From the NCBI RefSeq assembly GCF_037042905.1, contig NC_087263.1, positions 9,984,001-10,048,000 of the forward strand: a DNA stretch of 64,000 nucleotides, written 5' to 3'. How positions within the stretch are numbered: position 1 is the stretch's first letter; every line of letters begins with the position of its first letter. The notes beneath the pieces are model-generated. The model was given only the letters and a program-made list of their open reading frames with translations. It had not been told where the DNA came from and did not search any database. This document shows positions 63,701 to 64,000 of this stretch, in pieces. A program made the position numbers and the translations under genes. The stretch is from Lytechinus pictus. Taxonomy: Eukaryota.

Positions 63701-64000
63701 AGGCTTAGATCTATATACATCCAATTCTTAAACATTTATCAAACTAGCTGCCATTAATGGCAAGACATGTGCTAGGGTAGGGCTAGCTTAGGCTAGCGCA
63801 TTAACTTTACCTCAAATCTGGACATGCCTAATACTAATAGGAATAGCTGACTAATGCCATGGTTAACTTCGAACTTGTTAATTCCGAACTTTACGTTTGA
63901 TTAGGTTTGGACCAATATTAGCTTATTTACCATGGTTTAATATGTCTAGTCCGTATACAGAACCAGTCCTAGATCTAAAATAAATATCTTAGTTCTAGTC

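Noticed and set aside
1..64000. CRISPR arrays, rRNA genes, prokaryotic operons or defence systems
   Set aside because: The sequence is intron-containing animal DNA; no repeat-spacer arrays or rRNA similarity were seen, and all RTs are of retrotransposon type.

Overview
AT-rich, repeat-dense eukaryotic (animal) genomic DNA. The transposon spectrum and the ankyrin family style suggest an echinoderm such as a sea urchin; this is inferred, not verified. Most of the window is transposable elements: a full-length Mag-type Ty3/Gypsy LTR retrotransposon (2830-10440; LTRs, tRNA-Ser PBS, PPT, 5-bp TSD), three L1/Tx1-type LINEs, several L2-group LINEs, a Penelope relic, SINEs and many MITEs. One convincing host gene can be assembled by hand on the minus strand (51797-44368; 8 coding exons, all GT-AG and phase-consistent, about 1608 aa). 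It joins about 29 ankyrin repeats, tandemly duplicated linker exon pairs, hydrophobic segment(s), an Ig-like Cys-containing ectodomain and a GPI-signal-like C-terminus. Other highlights are an Alu-like SINE with a 7SL-type head inside the Gypsy leader, insertion of the Gypsy element exactly at a splice donor of a degenerate minus-strand gene, and a dense, possibly bistable RNA-structure island in a LINE 3' UTR.
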